Shown here: one piece after another, positions 60,324 to 64,000 of the stretch
Numbering within the stretch: position 1 is the first letter of the stretch
How the letters are laid out: each line of letters starts with the position of its first letter
Assembly: GCA_963821485.1 (NCBI GenBank)
Contig: CAWGEB010000012.1
Coordinates: 21,517 to 85,516, forward strand
Origin: an uncultured beta proteobacterium
Lineage (GTDB): Bacteria; Pseudomonadota; Gammaproteobacteria; Burkholderiales; Casimicrobiaceae
Reading direction: 5' to 3'
Length of the DNA: 64,000 nt
Translations under genes and position numbers: made by a program
Notes under the pieces: model-generated
The model's database searches: none
Seen by the model: only the letters and a program-made list of their open reading frames with translations
What the model was told of the DNA's origin: nothing

Positions 60324-61649
60324 TCAATCGAGTAGCGTTTCATGTTCCAGGCGCCACAGGCGCGCGAGCAGCTCGCGCGCGCGTTTCTCGCCAAGAACCG
60401 GAGAAGCGAGTTCCAGGTACTTTTGCTCGAGCTCGGAGTCCGAGAGCGGCGCTTCCGGGTCTCCCTTGCGCGTAGGCTGCAGGTGCTCGCCGCGACGCCC
60501 GTCGCGCGTCTCGATCGCGATGCGCGCAGCGCGCCGCGCCGGAAATGCGGCGTCGAGCTCGGGATCGACCGTCACGTCGATCCGCCGCATTAACTCGCGC
60601 GTGACCGGGTCTTCGAGTCGTTTCGGCTCGAACGCGGAGAGTCGCACGCTGCCGTGCGCCAGCGCCGAGGCGACCGCGTACTTGAGCGAGAAGCGCGCCT
60701 CCGCTGCAGTTCGCGGCGATTCATGGCACGCGACATCGAGCGCCGCCTTGTAGGTGCCGATGCTCACCCGCTCGATGTCGGGCGAAAGTGCGCGCATTTG
60801 CTGTTGCAGCGCCAGCGCGCCGTCGATAGCGGCGAAGACGTGGCCGCAGCAGGCGTGGTTCTTGAAGGTTATCCGGGTGATATGAAAATCCTCACCGAGC
60901 GTCGCCAGCGCCCGCTCCCAGTCCGGGGCGTCGCCCATCGCGCGCCCATACCCGGACTCGCCTTCCAGCACGTCCAGCGATCCGGTGACGCCTTCCGCAG
61001 CGACGAGCGCTGCGGTGACGCCTGCTTCCGCAGCGCGCCCGGCATGGATGGGTTTCGACATCGAATCCATGCGGAACGCCTGCTGCAACCCGGCTGAGAA
61101 CGTGGCGACCGTGGCAAGCGCATGCGCGAAACGCGTTTGATCGAGGCCAAGGAGTTCCGCCGCCGCGGCGCAGGCGCCAAAGCACCCTATGGTGCCGGTG
61201 TTGTGCCAGTATCTGTAGTGTGCGCGACCCATCGCCGCGGCGATGCGCGTCGAGATTTCATAGCCGACGATGACGGCGCGCAGAAGCGCTGCGCCCGATG
61301 CGGCCCGGGCCTGAGCGAGCGCGAGTGCGGTCGCGATGGTCGGGGCGCCGGGGTGGTAGATGCCGTCGCGGAATATATCGTCCACCTCGACCGTATGCGC
61401 AGCGGAGCCGTTGATCAACGCCGCGGCTCGCACGGTCGCGCGTCTGCCCAGCGCGAGTCGCGATTCGCCTCGGTCGAGCTCGTCCGCGAGAGCGACTGCT
61501 AGCAGTGTTGCGGGAGGAACTACCGCACCGGGAAGCAGCGCTGCGTACCAGTCGATTACTGCGCGCTTCGCGTGGTGCAGCACCAGGGGCGGCAGCGGGT
61601 TGCTGCGAAAGCTCTCGGCAAATCCGGCAAGGAGTTCCACCACGTACAT
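60324..61649 (-). CDS. MmgE/PrpD family protein
   Basis: 441 aa; ..INGSAAHTVEVDD..., ..HNTGTIGCFGA..., typical MmgE/PrpD motifs. A TGA lies in frame 45 nt upstream of the ATG. Confidence 0.8.
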   Translation of the reverse strand: MYVVELLAGFAESFRSNPLPPLVLHHAKRAVIDWYAALLPGAVVPPATLLAVALADELDRGESRLALGRRATVRAAALINGSAAHTVEVDDIFRDGIYHPGAPTIATALALAQARAASGAALLRAVIVGYEISTRIAAAMGRAHYRYWHNTGTIGCFGACAAAAELLGLDQTRFAHALATVATFSAGLQQAFRMDSMSKPIHAGRAAEAGVTAALVAAEGVTGSLDVLEGESGYGRAMGDAPDWERALATLGEDFHITRITFKNHACCGHVFAAIDGALALQQQMRALSPDIERVSIGTYKAALDVACHESPRTAAEARFSLKYAVASALAHGSVRLSAFEPKRLEDPVTRELMRRIDVTVDPELDAAFPARRAARIAIETRDGRRGEHLQPTRKGDPEAPLSDSELEQKYLELASPVLGEKRARELLARLWRLEHETLLD

Positions 61650-62077
61650 TTTGTCGACGTTCGCGCCGGCGTCCCAGACGATTCCCAGAAACGTTCAACC
61701 CTACCACGTCTGCGACGCCTACTGACGGCCGGCACCAACCTCCCGGGATTAAGCCGGCATGACGATCTCGGAAGACCGAGCCAGTCCATCAGCCCGTGCA
61801 TGAGCATAATCTTCGGACCGTTCATCTCTGGGGAAGATGGACCCTCTAAGTTGAGCCCGGCTAAATGTCTGGTTCGGGTTAGGTGCAACGGCTGGCGTGG
61901 GTCGAGAGCGGTCTTCGGTGGCTGGCGGCTCTCGGCCACGACCGGCCGTAGCACCTCGCGTCCCATAGCGGCCGCTCGCTGGCAATAGCGGCCAGAACCA
62001 GCCCTTCGCCGGTGCGGGTGAAAGCCTCTTTCGAGGCGTAGTATGGGCGGACTTCCATTCGTCGACGGGATGATTCA

Positions 62078-63061
62078 ATGATGGATCGGCGAACGTTCAT
62101 TGGCAGCGTTGCGAGTAGCGTCCTCGCCGCGCCGCTCAGTGCATTCGCCCAAGCACAACAAGCGAAGGTCTATCATGTGGGGGTCATTCTCGAAGGGGGT
62201 CCATACTACACGGCAGTTGATGGACTCAAGAATGGGCTGAAAGCGCTGGGGTTTGCAGAGGGTAAGGACTACGTCCTGGAAATTCGCGATTTAAAAGGTG
62301 ATCGGAGGGCCGCCGAGACAGCAGCAAGGAGTTTGGAAAAAGAAAAAGTCGACCTCATCTACACGGTAGCCATGTCCGTGACTATCGCGGTGAAACGCGC
62401 GACAACGGAAGTCCCGATCGTGTTCGCCGTCGGGACTGATCCGGTTGCCGAAGGACTGGTCGATAGCTACGCGAGACCCGGGGGTCGGCTCACCGGCATC
62501 CACTATGCTAATACTGATCTCTCAGCGAAGCGTCTTGAGATTCTGAAGGAGATACTCCCTACGCTCCGCAAGATCGTGACGTTCTACGATCCTAGCAACA
62601 GGGCCCCCTTGGAGGGGTGGAAGTCGGCGCGGGAGGCGGCGCGGATGTTGAAGATTGAGATCGTCGAGCGGCACGTTGCGTCCGTTGAAGAGCTCCGCCT
62701 GGGTGTCAAGGCGCTCAAGCCGGGGGAGGCGGACGCATACTTCTACTTTGGAGACGCGATGGTCTTTAGCCAGGCTCAGTTCATCATTGACGAAGCGAGG
62801 GCCAAGAAGTTACCAACGATGTTCGTAGACACTAGTCTCGTTGCGCAAGGAGCCCTCGTAAGCTATGGCGTGAGTTACTACGAAGGCGGTCGTTTGTCGG
62901 CAAAATACGTACAGCGAGTTCTCACTGGGACCAGCCCTCAGAACCTGCCGGTGGAGTCGCTTAGTAGGGTGGAGCTAGTCGTAAACCTGAAAACGGCGCG
63001 AGAGATTGGCGTCACGATCCCACAGCCGCTGCTACTGCGCGCGGACGAGGTGATCCAATAG
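62078..63061 (+). CDS. ABC-transporter substrate-binding protein (PF04392 type), orphan paralog of 45152..46150
   Basis: MMDRRTFIGSVASSVLAAPLSAFA (Tat-like), PIVFAVGTDPVAEGLVDSYARPGGRLTG, same C-terminal ..ADEVIQ. Visibly lower GC than its neighbours. Confidence 0.85.
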   Translation: MMDRRTFIGSVASSVLAAPLSAFAQAQQAKVYHVGVILEGGPYYTAVDGLKNGLKALGFAEGKDYVLEIRDLKGDRRAAETAARSLEKEKVDLIYTVAMSVTIAVKRATTEVPIVFAVGTDPVAEGLVDSYARPGGRLTGIHYANTDLSAKRLEILKEILPTLRKIVTFYDPSNRAPLEGWKSAREAARMLKIEIVERHVASVEELRLGVKALKPGEADAYFYFGDAMVFSQAQFIIDEARAKKLPTMFVDTSLVAQGALVSYGVSYYEGGRLSAKYVQRVLTGTSPQNLPVESLSRVELVVNLKTAREIGVTIPQPLLLRADEVIQ

Positions 63062-63530
63062 TGTTTCAGGTCATTCGCGGATTTGGCAGAACGTAGCGCA
63101 TTCGCCGCGCAACTTGATATTTTGAGCGTCCGCTCCGCAGACGATCGAACGGCTGGTCAGGGTCGTTCTTCGACGCATGTGCGATCAGGTAATTCACGGC
63201 CAACAACGGCCGTAAAGCGAAGTCGCTAGAGCAGTCGTTCGATGGCGTCATCGAACTGCTCCGGTCAACCCCGCTTCCCGAATGTAGCCAGTTAACGCCG
63301 CCGCCGACCGACCAAAATCCCCGTTGAACCGGCCGGGAGAACCCAGGATACAGAGCATTTGTGCGCCCGTCGTGGGGTCGGATTTCCATCCTTTGGGTAC
63401 AATCTCCCGTGACGTTATGATCTGTTTGCGAACGGAATAGACAAGGCGGGGCTTGGGTGCTGAAATTGCCCCCTGATTCACCGGACACGAATTCTCACTT
63501 ATCCTAAGGGATAGGCAAGGAGTTGTGTCT

Positions 63531-63917
63531 ATGACTAATCGCAACAGCAATGAACCTGAGGTACTTGGCAGTGAACGCCGGCGGCGCTGGTCGGCGAGCG
63601 AGAAGCTGGCGATGGTGCGCGAGACGTACGAACCGGGGATGACGGTGTCGCTGGTCGCTCGCAAGCACGGGGTGAACCCGAACCAGGTGTTCCACTGGCG
63701 CAAGCTGGAGCGTGTTGGGGCACTGACGGCGGTCGGTGCTGGGGATACGGTGGTGCCGGCGGCGGAGTTGGAAGCGGCGCGGCGACAGATTCGGGAGCTG
63801 CAGCGGCTGCTTGGCAAGAAGACGCTGGAAGCCGAGATCCTGAAGGAAGCGGTGGAGGTTGCCCGCGACCGAAAATGGATTGCGCGCTCACCCTTGCTGC
63901 CCGGGGACGACCGATGA
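63531..63917 (+). CDS. IS3-family transposase OrfA (HTH, leucine zipper)
   Basis: ..[44 protein letters not shown]...[35 protein letters not shown] closely parallels IS2 InsC-type OrfA as I recall it. Confidence 0.8.
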   Translation: MTNRNSNEPEVLGSERRRRWSASEKLAMVRETYEPGMTVSLVARKHGVNPNQVFHWRKLERVGALTAVGAGDTVVPAAELEAARRQIRELQRLLGKKTLEAEILKEAVEVARDRKWIARSPLLPGDDR

Positions 63918-64000
63918 CGATCGTGAGTGAAGTCCTGGGTGTAGCGCGCTCGAACCTGCACGTACGGGTACGGCGTCGCAGCGACTGGCGCGATGGTCGG
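63914..64000 (+). CDS. IS3-family transposase OrfB, 5' part only (3' partial at window edge)
   Basis: ATGA overlap with the orfA stop, -1 frame. [21 protein letters not shown]... Confidence 0.6.
   Translation, partial: MTIVSEVLGVARSNLHVRVRRRSDWRDGR

Larger units (their letters stand above)
63461..64000 (+). mobile_element. IS3-family (IS2-group-like) insertion sequence, left end; continues beyond the window
   Basis: Terminal sequence TGAAATTGCCCCCTGATTCACCGGACA... about 65 nt before orfA. orfA and orfB overlap in the -1 frame. Confidence 0.7.

Noticed and set aside
61650-62077. 428-nt gap between the PrpD and SBP genes. The minus-strand fragment ..NGPKIMLMHGLMDWLGLP.. hinted at an alpha/beta-hydrolase N-terminal remnant.
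   Set aside because: The similarity is limited to a short generic HG-type motif, with no supporting downstream motifs. I treat the gap as intergenic or promoter DNA.
63066-63488. 140-aa minus-strand ORF, plus the 237-aa ORF 63248..63961.
   Set aside because: The latter is antisense to IS3 orfA. The former crosses the IS terminal repeat, lacks an RBS and has no family signature.

Overview
High-GC (roughly two-thirds G+C by eye) proteobacterial chromosome segment. The gene content (two Bug/TctC-type binding proteins, fused IcmF mutase, orphan PF04392-type binding proteins) suggests a Burkholderiales-like betaproteobacterium; this is inference only. Bases 1-43.4 kb look like core genome. They carry the tail of a type IV pilus minor-pilin cluster (pilY1'-orf-pilE) and a myo-inositol catabolic operon on the minus strand (iolC/J-like fusion, iolD, iolE, iolB, iolG, a second Gfo/Idh/MocA dehydrogenase, an EamA transporter). 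These are followed by a divergent IMPase, an M16 peptidase, icmF, a Tat-exported lactonase, a PLD-family protein co-oriented with an OYE reductase, and an ABC-2 exporter. Next come a winged-helix/STAND-ATPase/TPR regulator coupled to a secreted M1 aminopeptidase, gltS, many small detoxification-type enzymes (GSTs, VOC, SRPBCC, DUF1428, DLH, pirin, DsbA-like) and an MFS transporter. From about 43.45 kb the sequence becomes a mosaic accessory region. It is AT-richer, with small orphan ORFs, two paralogous orphan substrate-binding proteins, a PUA/EVE-like orphan, an rve transposase remnant, an esterase and a compact tyrosine recombinase. It also holds an IS110-type transposase abutting a decayed IS1182-type transposase, a truncated methyltransferase, and an IS3/IS2-group element running off the right edge. 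A high-GC acyl-CoA catabolic module (Bug SBP, ACAD, ADP-forming acyl-CoA synthetase, MmgE/PrpD) is embedded in this region. The most striking property is that seven conserved genes, all left of 36 kb, are each interrupted by what looks like one extra base (one of them possibly at two sites). No rRNA, tRNA or CRISPR array was recognised by eye. I found no convincing complete novel multi-gene system. The best candidates for follow-up are the regulator/M1-peptidase/small-membrane-protein locus, the PLD-OYE pair, and the orphan small ORFs and PUA-like gene in the island.
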